DNA from: an uncultured Gemmatimonadaceae bacterium
GTDB taxonomy: Bacteria; Gemmatimonadota; Gemmatimonadetes; Gemmatimonadales; Gemmatimonadaceae
NCBI GenBank assembly: GCA_963822945.1
Contig: CAWGJO010000033.1
Location: 1-64,000 of the forward strand
Direction of reading: 5' to 3'
Length of the DNA stretch: 64,000 nt
A program made the position numbers and the translations under genes. A model generated the notes under the pieces. That model had not been told where the DNA came from, did not search any database, and saw nothing but the letters and a program-made list of their open reading frames with translations. This document shows, in pieces, positions 1 through 9,596 of the stretch; position 1 is the stretch's first letter; each line of letters opens with the position of its first letter.

Positions 1-1841
1 CTGCGGATACCCCGGCTGCGGCCCGGTAATCGCCGGTCGATTCTTCCGGTCCGCGATCGCCGTCATCACCTGGTGCAGGAAGTTCCCGATCTTCGCCATG
101 TGATCGTAGTCCGCGTACTCGGGCTCGTCGGTCTGCTGGTGGTAGTCCTCGGAATACCCGGTCGAGAAGTACGCCACCGGCACGTCGTGGTGCACGTAGT
201 TCACCTGGTCGCTGCGGCAGAAGCGGTTGAGCGGATTGGCCGGCACGTCCCAGGTGTGATCGATGGCCATCACCACCGGGCGCACGGCGTTCACCGAATC
301 GATGATGTCGCCGAACTCGAACGACAGCCGCCGCGACCCGAGAATCTGAATGGACGTCGGCCCGCCGAACTTCACCTGGCCCACGTGCCCCTTGGCCTCC
401 ATGTCCATGTTGAGCGCGGCGGCGATGGAGTCGAGATGGATGGTCGGGTGGTCGGTGAAGTACTTGGAGCCGAGCAGCCCCGCCTCCTCGCCCTCGTGCG
501 ACACGAAGATGATGGAACGCGCCGGGTGCTCGCTGGCGAACTTCTGCGCGATCTCGAGCATGATGACGGTGCCCGAGCCGTCGTCGTCGGCCCCGTTCAT
601 GATCGAGTCCTTCCGCGGCGGCCGGATGCTGCGCGCCCGCGCGATGAGCGAATCGATCTCGTGCTGCTGCGCCGGGGACGGCCGGCACATGGGATCGTTG
701 GCGCCCTGCGGCCGCGTCACCATGTTCACCGCGCGCAGCGAGTCGTGGTCCACCACCTGGCGGTTGATGCCCACGTGGTCGTTGTGCGCGCTCACCAGCA
801 CGTACTCGCCGGCGCGCGCCGGATCGGAGCCCGGCAGGACGGCGATCACGTTCCGCGCCGGCCACTGCGACATGTGGAACTCGTAGCTCCAGTGCGCCGA
901 CACGGGCTCGCCCACGGCGCCCGCGGCCAACTGGTCCACCGGCCGGCCGAAGATGCGCTCGGCGGCGGCAGCCGAGATCGACGCGCCGGCGGGGCCGTCG
1001 CGCCTTCGGGCTTCATGGCGCTGCGCATGGTGAACGCCGCCTCGCGCAGCTCTGCGGGTACCTGATCGAGGTCGACGTACAGCACCGCGGCCGCGCCGAG
1101 TGAGGCGATGCGGTCGTCGTGCGTGACGATGCGGACCGGGCGAACGCCGCGCGCCGCCGCCTGGGCCGCAGCCGCGCGGTCGGCCAGCACCGCCGCTTCG
1201 GCCCCGAACCGGTCGGGCAGGGAATCGCAGCGCTGTTCGGGACCGCTGCTGCGCCGCCGGAAGCGGCCGGCGGGCGGTCCGCCCAGGAACACCGCCACCT
1301 TGCCGCGGAAGGCGGCCGGGTCGAGCGCCGTGGTGCTGTCGCCGAACCGCCCCGCGAACACGGCGGGCACCTGGTCCAGCGACGCCGTCTCGCCGACGCC
1401 CGTGCTCGCCGATGGCGCCAGGGGAATCCAGTCGCTGCCCGCGTCGAGCGCGGCACCGCCGGCGCTCAGGTGCGAGTTGCCGCGCGCGTAGCCCTGCGGC
1501 CCGTACGGCATGTCCTGGAAGTACGTGCCGTTCTCGCCGGCGGGCCTGAGCCCGAGCTGCTTGAACACGCTCGCGATGTACGCCGTGCCCTTGTAGTTGC
1601 CCAGCGTGCCGATGAGCCGGCCCTGCATCGAGTCGTCCGCGAACCCGTAGAGCCGCGTGCGCAGATCGTTGGCCGTGATGGCCGTGGTGGTGGGGCGGGG
1701 CGCCCAGACGGCCGGGCCCTCGTCGGGCCACACGGGCTTCTGGTTGGCGCGCGCGGCGGAACCGCCCTGGGCGAGCATCGGCGCGGCGGTGGCGGCGGCC
1801 AGGACGAGGGCGGACAGGGAGCGGGAGAGTTGGCGGGGCAC
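1..1841 (-). CDS. Secreted M28 family metallopeptidase (frameshift near 990; 3' end runs off the window)
   Basis: GGAGGA RBS before GTG at 1841, signal peptide, 'LRTRLYGFADDSMQGR'. After the frameshift the frame reads NVIAVLPGSDP..SAHNDH..NGADDDGSG..HEGEEAGLLGS..NMDM..RSDQ..DYHQQTD (M28 zinc motifs). Confidence 0.85.
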
Positions 1842-1966
1842 GACGATCCTCCGGGGTGGGAACAGCGGGTCCGGAAATGTGAGCGCGGGGCGCGCTATCG
1901 GCAACGTACGGCCGGCGCGGCGTGCGGCCACGCGAAGGGCGCGCCGGGCGGAATTAGATTGGTCCC

Positions 1967-2566
1967 ATGCACCCCGCCGACCTCGAGGGCATTCTCGATT
2001 TCCTCCGCGCCGCCGAGCGCCTCAAGGCGACGCATCGCAGCGCGTACACCTCCACGGGTGAGCGGGAGAGCACGGCGGAGCACAGCTGGCGGCTCTGCCT
2101 CATGGCCATGGTGCTGGCGCCCGAATTCCCCGACGTCGACTTCGCGCGCCTCGTCAGGATCTGCATCGTGCACGATCTGGGGGAGGCGGTGCACGGCGAC
2201 ATTCCCGCGCCCGAGCAGGCGCGCCGGCTGGCCGACGATCCCGCCGCCACCAAGGCGGCCGGCGAGCGCAACGATCTGCTCACGCTCACCGCGTCGCTTC
2301 CCGACGCGACGCGCGGCGAGATCGTCGCGCTGTGGGACGAGTACGAAGCCGCGGCCACGCCGGAGGCGCGGCTGGCCAAGGCGCTCGACAAGCTGGAGAC
2401 GATCCTCCAGCACACCCAGGGCGACAACCCCGCGGATTTCGACTACCGGTTCAACCTCGGCTACGGCCGCCGGTTCACGGTGGGGCATCCGGTGATCGAG
2501 GCGATGCGCGAGATCCTGGACCGCGAGACCGAACGCCGCGCGGTGGAATCGGAGTCCGGCGGATGA
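1967..2566 (+). CDS. HD-domain phosphohydrolase (HDDC2/YfbR-like)
   Basis: RESTAEHSW, VHDLGEA..GD and ALDKLE motifs. Confidence 0.9.
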   Translation: MHPADLEGILDFLRAAERLKATHRSAYTSTGERESTAEHSWRLCLMAMVLAPEFPDVDFARLVRICIVHDLGEAVHGDIPAPEQARRLADDPAATKAAGERNDLLTLTASLPDATRGEIVALWDEYEAAATPEARLAKALDKLETILQHTQGDNPADFDYRFNLGYGRRFTVGHPVIEAMREILDRETERRAVESESGG

Positions 2567-3108
2567 GCGAGCCGACGATCCGCCTGGCGGCGCCCGCCGA
2601 CGCGGCGGCGCTGGCCGAATTCTGCGCGCGCACCTTCCGCGAGACGTACGAGGCGTTCAACACCGAACGGGACATGGCCCTTCACCTGCGCACGCACTTT
2701 GGCGAGGAGATCCAGCGCGACGAGATCGCCGATGGCGATGCGGCGATGCTGGTGGCCGAGCACGAGGGTGCGCTGGCGGCGTACGTGAAGGTGCGCCGTG
2801 GGGAGGCGCCCGCGTGCGTGCGCGCGGCGCGGCCGGTGGAGGTGCAGCGCTTCTACGTGGACCGGCCGTGGCAGGGGCGCGGGCTGGCCCATCGGATGAT
2901 GGAGGCGGCGCGGCAGGCGGGCGTCGCGTTGGGCGCCGACATACTCTGGCTGGGCGTGTGGGAGGAGAACCCGCGCGCCATCGCCTTCTATACGAAGTGC
3001 GGCTTTGCCGACGTCGGCGCCTGGACATTCACCCTGGGCACCGACGTGCAGCGGGACCGCGTGCTGCAGCGTTCCGCCGCCGGCGCAATCGCCGTACCCG
3101 TTCACTAG
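2563..3108 (+). CDS. GNAT N-acetyltransferase, PaiA-like
   Basis: ATGA overlap with upstream stop; 'RFYVDRPWQGRGLA' acetyl-CoA motif; 'WLGVWEENPRAIAFY'. Confidence 0.88.
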   Translation: MSEPTIRLAAPADAAALAEFCARTFRETYEAFNTERDMALHLRTHFGEEIQRDEIADGDAAMLVAEHEGALAAYVKVRRGEAPACVRAARPVEVQRFYVDRPWQGRGLAHRMMEAARQAGVALGADILWLGVWEENPRAIAFYTKCGFADVGAWTFTLGTDVQRDRVLQRSAAGAIAVPVH

Positions 3109-3165
3109 TCGCCGCCCGTCCCGTCGGCACCTCCACCCCACGTACCAGTCACCCGGGCCCGCACC

Positions 3166-3834
3166 GTGTACATCCCCAAGTCGTTCGAACAGACCGACAG
3201 CGCGCAGTTGCACGAGCTGATGCGGACGCATCCGTTCGCGACGCTGGTCGTGTCCACCCCTTCGGGTCTCGAGGTCAACCACCTGCCGTTCGTGCTCGGC
3301 CGGGATCCGGCGCCGCTGGGCGTGCTCCGCGCGCACGTGGCACGGAGCAATCCGGTGTGGCGCGCGCTCACCGGGCACACGGACGTGGTGGTCGTCTTCC
3401 AGGGTCCGCACCACTACATCTCGCCGTCGTGGTATCCGAGCAAGGCGGAGAACGGGGGCAAGGCGGTGCCCACCTGGAACTACGCGGTGGTGCACGCGCA
3501 CGGGCCCGCGATGGCCATCGACGACCGCGCGTGGCTGGAGCGCCACCTCGCGGAGTTGGTGCAGGTCAACGAAGCGGGGCGCGAGCCTGCCTGGCACATC
3601 ACCGACGCGCCGGCCGATTTCATGGACTCGATGGTGCGCGCCGTGGTGGGCGTGGAGATCCCGGTGCGACGGCTGGTGGGCAAATGGAAGCTCAACCAGA
3701 ACCGGTCGGACGCCGACCGGGAGAGCGTGGTCGCGGCACTGGAAGCGGACGGCTCGGCGGCCGCACGGGCGACGGCGGGTGCGATGCGACGCACGCTCCC
3801 GGGGCGCGGCGGGGCGCAGCCTACGGATTCCTGA
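3166..3834 (+). CDS. paiB: FMN-binding negative transcriptional regulator (PaiB family)
   Basis: MYIPKSF, HVARSNP, GPHHYISPSWY, VPTWNY and GKWKLNQNR motifs. Confidence 0.9.
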   Translation: MYIPKSFEQTDSAQLHELMRTHPFATLVVSTPSGLEVNHLPFVLGRDPAPLGVLRAHVARSNPVWRALTGHTDVVVVFQGPHHYISPSWYPSKAENGGKAVPTWNYAVVHAHGPAMAIDDRAWLERHLAELVQVNEAGREPAWHITDAPADFMDSMVRAVVGVEIPVRRLVGKWKLNQNRSDADRESVVAALEADGSAAARATAGAMRRTLPGRGGAQPTDS

Positions 3835-3919
3835 CCTTTCGCGTCTTGATTCCGGGTCCGGCTGGTCGCATACTCCCCGCTCCCCCCGTGCCCGCCCACC
3901 CACCCCACGAGGATCCTCG

Positions 3920-5278
3920 ATGCGCAGAACTCCCCTCGTCCTGGCCCTGCTCGGACTCGCCGTCACCCTGCCCGCCCAAGACCCCGGCATGACGCTGCCC
4001 GGCTTCAATCAGAAGCACGGTGGCAGCAAGTCGGTGGAACTGGTGGCCCACGTGGTGAACAATCCCGGTGCCTGGAAGGCCTCCGACATCGAGATGGAGC
4101 AGGACGCCGGCCGCCCGTACGTGTACATCTCGGGCTTCACGCACTTCAACGTGCAGGCGTACGACACCCGCAACGAGAAGCACCCCAAGGAAGTGTGGAG
4201 CTGGACGATCGAGAATCCGGAACTGCACCGCGGCATCGGCGCGATGGACGGCAAGTACTTCAAGATCGGCAACAAGTACTACTTCGCGCAGTCGTACCAG
4301 TTCATGCAGGGCGGCCCCGACGCCGACCTCGGCGCGGTGATCTTCGACGTCACCGGGCTGCCCGACTCGTCGAAGGTGAAGGTCGTGGCCCGCATCAGGT
4401 ACCCGAAGGCACCGGGCGGCTTCCACAACACCTACGCCTACAAGCACTCCGACGGCCACGTGTATTACGTGACGACGGCCAACGAGGGCGACGCGCTGGT
4501 GTACGACATGGACAAGGTGGTGAGCGGCGCGCCGGAGAGCGAGTGGCTCGTGAGCCGCATCCCGAACCCGACCCCGTCCAAGCAGATGGGCACGGGCAGC
4601 TACCACGACTTCTACATCGGCTACGATCCGGCCACGCACGAGGACAAGTTCTACGGCGCCGGCCTGGGCGGCTACTCGGTGTGGAACATCACCGACATCA
4701 AGAAGCCCGTGCAGCTGTTCACGATCACCGGTCTCGGCCTCGACATCGCGCACACCTTCACGCCGTCGCCCGACGGCAAGTACGCGGTGACGGAGACGGA
4801 GTACGAGTACACCCCGCTGCGCATCTGGGATCTGCAGCCCGGGCAGAGCGGCAAGACGAAGAACATCGACGTGCCGATTGCCGGCTGGACCGCCGACTGG
4901 CGCGACCTGTCGCACAACCACGAAGTGCGCTGGCCGTACGTGTTCGTCTCGGGGTACGAGGACGGCTTCCAGGTGTTCGACCTCAAGAACCCGACGGCGC
5001 CGCACACCGACGGCTGGTACTACACCTGTGAGTGCACGCACATGCACGGCTTCGGCGGCACGCCGAACAACGGGTGGGAGAGCACGATCAGTGTGGAGCA
5101 GGGCGCATTCGGCGTCGACGTGCGCAACCGCGACGGCCTGATCGCGCTGTCCGACATGCGCAGCGGCCTCTGGCTGTTCCGGCTCAAGGGCTTCACCGGC
5201 TGGAACGGCGCCAAGTACGGCCAGCCGAACATCTCGAGCGTGCAGGACTACGACCACGGTCCTGCAGGCGCGAAGTGA
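3920..5278 (+). CDS. Secreted LVIVD-repeat-like beta-propeller protein
   Basis: Signal peptide MRRTPLVLALLGLAVTLPAQ; repeated 'IFDVT/VYDMD/VWNITD/IWDL/GFQVFDLKNPTAP' blades; C-terminal SDMRSGLWLF. Confidence 0.7.
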   Translation: MRRTPLVLALLGLAVTLPAQDPGMTLPGFNQKHGGSKSVELVAHVVNNPGAWKASDIEMEQDAGRPYVYISGFTHFNVQAYDTRNEKHPKEVWSWTIENPELHRGIGAMDGKYFKIGNKYYFAQSYQFMQGGPDADLGAVIFDVTGLPDSSKVKVVARIRYPKAPGGFHNTYAYKHSDGHVYYVTTANEGDALVYDMDKVVSGAPESEWLVSRIPNPTPSKQMGTGSYHDFYIGYDPATHEDKFYGAGLGGYSVWNITDIKKPVQLFTITGLGLDIAHTFTPSPDGKYAVTETEYEYTPLRIWDLQPGQSGKTKNIDVPIAGWTADWRDLSHNHEVRWPYVFVSGYEDGFQVFDLKNPTAPHTDGWYYTCECTHMHGFGGTPNNGWESTISVEQGAFGVDVRNRDGLIALSDMRSGLWLFRLKGFTGWNGAKYGQPNISSVQDYDHGPAGAK

Positions 5279-5829
5279 TCGATGGAGTGAGCATCCGTCG
5301 TTCGGGGGGGCGCCGGCCGTTGGGCCGCGCGCTCGTCCGGGCGGCCGGGTGCCTGCTGCTGTTGGGCCTGCCGGCGGCCGCGCAGGCACAGGCCCCGATG
5401 CGCCGCGAGGGGCCGTACGACGTTCCGCTGTTCAACACGCCGCGCACGGCGTCGAGCACGGGGCTGGCGCGCCTGGTCTACGCGTCGTCGCCGTTCGGCA
5501 TCGCCGTCACCGTCGACGGCGTGGACCGCTACGACGTCCGCCTCAACATCAAGGGCATGCCGGCCCCGTCATCGCTCGGACCGTACAAGGCCTACGTGGC
5601 CTGGCAGGTGACGACCGATCTCTCGAAGTGGAAGCGGCTGGGACCGGTGCGTAACGGCACGACCGTGGTCGGCACCACGGACCTGAACAAGTTCCTGTTG
5701 GTGATCACCGCCGAAGCGAGCGCGACCTCCGACACCCACCATGGGCCGATCGTGCTGCACGGAACGTCGCCCAGCGGCTGGCTCGAGAACTTCCTCACGC
5801 ACGACGCGTTCTTCCGCGGGGTCAATTAA
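5275..5829 (+). CDS. Secreted hypothetical protein (weakly RskA-C-like beta domain)
   Basis: GTGA overlap with upstream stop (start could be 5287); signal peptide ending AQA; 'GMPAPSSLGPYKAYVAW'; typical codon usage. Confidence 0.7.
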   Translation: MIDGVSIRRSGGRRPLGRALVRAAGCLLLLGLPAAAQAQAPMRREGPYDVPLFNTPRTASSTGLARLVYASSPFGIAVTVDGVDRYDVRLNIKGMPAPSSLGPYKAYVAWQVTTDLSKWKRLGPVRNGTTVVGTTDLNKFLLVITAEASATSDTHHGPIVLHGTSPSGWLENFLTHDAFFRGVN

Positions 5830-5832
5830 TCG

Positions 5833-7560
5833 ATGAAGATGTCGCTGGTCCTGGCGGTGCCGCTGCTGACGCTCGCTGCCTTCGCTGCACCGCTCACGGC
5901 GCAGCAGAAGCCGCCGATGAAGAAGATGGGCACCGACACCGGCATGGCCGGCATGAAGATGGGCACCGACACGGGCATGGCCGGCATGGCGATGCCGATT
6001 CCGATGCCCAGGGGGATGCCGATGTTCGGGGCGCTGCAGGGACTCGTGCCCCCGATCACGCCGTTCCTGCCCGGCAAGGGGGTGGATCCCGCCACGCTGC
6101 CGATGGCCAGGCGCTCGCAGGTGGTGCGCATGAACGACGGCGACACGCTCGACCTCACGGCCATGCTGCTGCGCCGCACGATCGAGGGACGCACCTACGT
6201 GATGTACGGCTACAACGGCGAAGCGCCGGGGCCGCTCATCCGCGTGCCGCAGAACGCCACGATCGTCGTGCGCTTCCACAACCACATCGACCTGCCGAGT
6301 ACCGTGCACTGGCATGGGCTGCGGCTGGACAATCACTACGACGGCGTGCCCGGCGTGACGCAGCAGCCGGTGGCGTCGGGCGACAGCTTCCTCTACAAGG
6401 TCCACTTCCCCGACGCGGGCGTGTACTGGTACCACCCGCACGTCAGCACGTACATCGAGCAGGCGATGGGGCTGTTCGGCAACATGATCGTCGACTCGCC
6501 GGACCCGAACTACTACTCGCCGGCCAACGACGAGCAGGCGCTGATGTTCGACGACCTGCTGATCAACGCCGACACGCTGATTCCGTTCGGGAAGAACACC
6601 CCCGACTTCGCCCTGATGGGGCGGCTGGGGAACGTGCTGCTGACCAACGGTGAGACGCGGTATCAACTGCACGTGCACCAGGGCGCCGTGGTGCGGTTCG
6701 CCTTCACGAACTCGTCCAGCTCACGCACCTACAACCTCTCGTTCAGCGGCGCGCCGATCAAACTGCTGGCGGGCGACCTGAGCCGGTTCGAGCACGAGCA
6801 GATGGTGCCGAGCGTGGTGCTCGGCGTGGCCCAGCGCTACGTGGTGGAGGTTCGCTTTCCGAAGGCGGGGCGCTACGCGCTGGTGAACGCCGTGCAGGCG
6901 ATGTACCACTCGCAGGGCGAGTTCTTCACCAAGGTGGACACGCTCGGCATCGTCACCGTGGATTCGACGCCCGCGGCTCCCGACTACTCGGCCCAGTTCG
7001 CCACGACGCGCACCAATGCGGCCGTGGTGAGCGACATCGACCACTACCGCAAGTACTTCGACCGGCCGCCCGACAAGAAGTTCACGCTCACCATCCGGCC
7101 CGGCGACCTGCCGCTGGGCACCATTCAGTTCATGAACGTGGACACCGCGTACTTCCAGCCCGTGGAATGGATGGACGGCATGCCGCTGATGAACTGGCTG
7201 TCCACGGGCAAGCAGTTGACGTGGATCATCCGCGACGACGCGACCGGCCGCGAGAACATGGACATCAACTGGCACGTGAAGCAGGGGGATGTGGTCAAGC
7301 TCCGCATCCACAACGATCCGTTCTCGTTCCACCCCATGCAGCATCCGATCCATCTGCACGGGCAGCGCATGCTCGTGGTGGACCGCGACGGGGTGCCGAC
7401 TCAGAACATGAGTTGGGAGGACACCGTCATCATCCCCGTGGGGTCCACCGTGGACCTGCTCATCGACGCGTCGAACCCGGGTAACTGGCTGATGCACTGC
7501 CATATCGCGGAGCATATCGCGTCGGGGATGGAGACGGTATTCCACGTCGATCCCCGCTAG
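5833..7560 (+). CDS. Multicopper oxidase (three-domain, CueO/laccase-like)
   Basis: All four Cu motifs present: HWHG, WYHPH, HPIHLHG, HCHIAEH..M; signal peptide; Met-rich N-terminus. Confidence 0.93.
   Translation: MKMSLVLAVPLLTLAAFAAPLTAQQKPPMKKMGTDTGMAGMKMGTDTGMAGMAMPIPMPRGMPMFGALQGLVPPITPFLPGKGVDPATLPMARRSQVVRMNDGDTLDLTAMLLRRTIEGRTYVMYGYNGEAPGPLIRVPQNATIVVRFHNHIDLPSTVHWHGLRLDNHYDGVPGVTQQPVASGDSFLYKVHFPDAGVYWYHPHVSTYIEQAMGLFGNMIVDSPDPNYYSPANDEQALMFDDLLINADTLIPFGKNTPDFALMGRLGNVLLTNGETRYQLHVHQGAVVRFAFTNSSSSRTYNLSFSGAPIKLLAGDLSRFEHEQMVPSVVLGVAQRYVVEVRFPKAGRYALVNAVQAMYHSQGEFFTKVDTLGIVTVDSTPAAPDYSAQFATTRTNAAVVSDIDHYRKYFDRPPDKKFTLTIRPGDLPLGTIQFMNVDTAYFQPVEWMDGMPLMNWLSTGKQLTWIIRDDATGRENMDINWHVKQGDVVKLRIHNDPFSFHPMQHPIHLHGQRMLVVDRDGVPTQNMSWEDTVIIPVGSTVDLLIDASNPGNWLMHCHIAEHIASGMETVFHVDPR
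5923..5988 (+). repeat. 33-bp in-frame tandem duplication encoding KMGTDTGMAGM x2
   Basis: aagatgggcaccgacac(c/g)ggcatggccggcatg twice, one mismatch. Confidence 0.95.
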
Positions 7561-8470
7561 CGGCCAGCGCCCGCACGCCCAGCCAGAGCTTTCGCGGCAG
7601 CGACGTGCGGGCCCGCCGGCGCAGCGTGTCGTAGCCGGCGCGCCGGATCTCGTGGTGGATTCCGCGGTACACCTGCGCCGCCACCGCCACGGGGCGGGCG
7701 AAGAATGCGGGCAACGCGGGCAGCGCCGCGAACGCATCGCGGTAGTCCGCCTCGGCAACGCCCATCAATTCCTCCACCAGCCCGCGGAAGCGGTCGTCCA
7801 CCGGCGCCAGGCCGGCGCGCATGGCGCCCAGATCGTGCGCCTCGAGCCCGTGCGCCTGCAGCCGGTCGAGCGGCAGATACACGCGCCCGCGCGCCCAGTC
7901 CTCCCCCACGTCGCGCAGGATGTTGGTGAGCTGCAGGGCGTGGCCCAGCGCCGCGGCGTGGTGCAGCACCCGCTGGTCGTGCACGCCGTAGAGCTCGGTG
8001 AGCCAGAGGCCGATCACGCCGGCCACGCGGTAGGTGTACACGCGCAGCTCGCGCAGGTTGGCGTACGGTTTATGGTGCAGGTCCATGCGCATGCCGGCCA
8101 CCAGCTCGCGCGCGTAGTCGAAGGGCACGCGCGCCGACGCCATCTCGGGCATCACGCGATCGAGCAGCGCGACGCCGGTGCGCTGGCCCGCATACGCGCG
8201 CTCCGAGAGCCGGAGCCAGGTGGCGAGCCGCGCCTCGATGGCGCCGCGCGACGGATCGGCCGCGACGTCCACCAGGTCGTCGGTGTACCGGCACCAGGCG
8301 TACACGCGCGCCAACTGGTCGCGCTCCGGCGCCGGCATGAAGCGCGCCGCAAAGCGGAACGAGCGGCTGTGATGCGCGAAGTAGCGCATCCACTCGTCGG
8401 GGCCCGGCGGCGCGGGCGACAGCCAGGCATCGCCGCGCTCGGGCACGTCCCGAAATCGAAGCGCGGTCAT
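7460..8470 (-). CDS. crtB: Phytoene synthase
   Basis: HSRSFRFA, YAWCRYTDDLVD, YTYRVAGVIG, LQLTNILRDVGED..GRVYLP; ATGA overlap with the cruF stop. Confidence 0.93.
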   Translation of the reverse strand: MTALRFRDVPERGDAWLSPAPPGPDEWMRYFAHHSRSFRFAARFMPAPERDQLARVYAWCRYTDDLVDVAADPSRGAIEARLATWLRLSERAYAGQRTGVALLDRVMPEMASARVPFDYARELVAGMRMDLHHKPYANLRELRVYTYRVAGVIGLWLTELYGVHDQRVLHHAAALGHALQLTNILRDVGEDWARGRVYLPLDRLQAHGLEAHDLGAMRAGLAPVDDRFRGLVEELMGVAEADYRDAFAALPALPAFFARPVAVAAQVYRGIHHEIRRAGYDTLRRRARTSLPRKLWLGVRALAASGDRRGIPSPSPTRYAPRYGSASASYPGSTRR

Positions 8471-9393
8471 CGGGCCGCCACGCGGCGCGCCGCAGGTTGG
8501 GCCCCGCGGGGGGCGCCGGCCGCCACGCGGCGCACCGCACCGCTGCGTCCCAGCACGCCGCACACCGCCAGCGCGCCCGCCGTCGCCGCCAGCGCGCCCC
8601 ACGCGCCGGTGGCCAGAATGAGCCCCAGCGGCAGCGCGAGATTGAGCATGTAGAACAGGGAGAGCCAGGCGATGGAGAGCCGGCCGACCCACGCATCGGT
8701 GCGCGCGGCAACGAGCGCGAGCATCAGCACCAGCCCGGTCACGTACCAGCCGGCCAGGTTGAGCCAGGGCATGCCGTAGTACGGGCCCGACGAGCCCCAC
8801 ACCCAGTAGCTCGTGAACTGGCTCATGGCCGGATCGAGCGCGAGATCCCAGCTCAACAGAATGAGCGACCCCAGCAGCACCCGGCGTGCCGCCGACGCTC
8901 CCTCGCCGAGCAGCCGGCGCGCGATGGCGTAGCTGGGCAGCGCCATGAGGAACCAACTCAGCGGAATCAGCACCGGCACGTGCGCGAACCACTTGAGCCC
9001 GAGTCCGTCGGTGTAGTGGTACGGGCCGAAGGGCAGCCCCACCGTGGTGCCGAGCAGTTCGCTGGTGAGGCTGAGCGCGTACACCGACACGAACGCCGGC
9101 AGCCATCGCCACCCCGCGCGGCTCACGAGCAGCACGGCCAGCGCCAGCGCGCCGATCACGATGTGGGCGCGCGGAAAGAAGGTGAACGACACCGCGTACA
9201 CGCGCATGGCCGCGGGCCGACCGGCCAGCAGTTCCGGGTGGCGCGCGAAGACGGCGAACCCCGCGATCGCCAGCGCGGTGAACACGCCGAACACCTGCAG
9301 CGCCGCGTTCGCCCACGGGCCGGCCGAGGGGCGGGGGCCGCCGCCGCCGGCGGCGGATGGGGTGACTTGGCGGGACTTCAGGGCGGTGGGCAA
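8467..9393 (-). CDS. cruF: Carotenoid 1,2-hydratase CruF family (Caroten_synth/DUF422); start uncertain
   Basis: SELLGTTVGLPFGPYHYTDGLG..VPVLIPLSW..WDLALDPAM..YWVW..YYGMPWLNLAGW; membrane protein in a crt cluster; GGAGG before TTG at 9393. Confidence 0.85.
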   Translation of the reverse strand: MPTALKSRQVTPSAAGGGGPRPSAGPWANAALQVFGVFTALAIAGFAVFARHPELLAGRPAAMRVYAVSFTFFPRAHIVIGALALAVLLVSRAGWRWLPAFVSVYALSLTSELLGTTVGLPFGPYHYTDGLGLKWFAHVPVLIPLSWFLMALPSYAIARRLLGEGASAARRVLLGSLILLSWDLALDPAMSQFTSYWVWGSSGPYYGMPWLNLAGWYVTGLVLMLALVAARTDAWVGRLSIAWLSLFYMLNLALPLGLILATGAWGALAATAGALAVCGVLGRSGAVRRVAAGAPRGAQPAARRVAAR

Positions 9394-9431
9394 CGGGCCT
9401 CCAGGCGGCAGTGTGTCAGGGGTGTCGACCC

Positions 9432-9514
9432 CATAACTGTCGCTTACTGTCCATGTATTGTCAAGGTTATACACAGGAGATAGCTTGACAATCAATGGAC
9501 GAATGGCGATAGTT
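9432..9514. promoter_or_regulatory. Mirror-image divergent sigma70-type promoters with CarH/LitR-like 11-bp-spaced boxes
   Basis: AT-rich patch. + strand: TTGACA(9485)-N5-TGGACG...GATAGT. - strand: TTGACA(9464)-N5-TGGACA...GACAGT. Each has 17 bp from TTGACA to the -10-like hexamer. Confidence 0.65.
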
Positions 9515-9596
9515 CGGCCAGTTCCTGGATGCACTTACCGCCGGTCAGAGGCCCATTGCAGGGTCCCACGGCGCCGACTCTGGTGAGGTGATTGCT

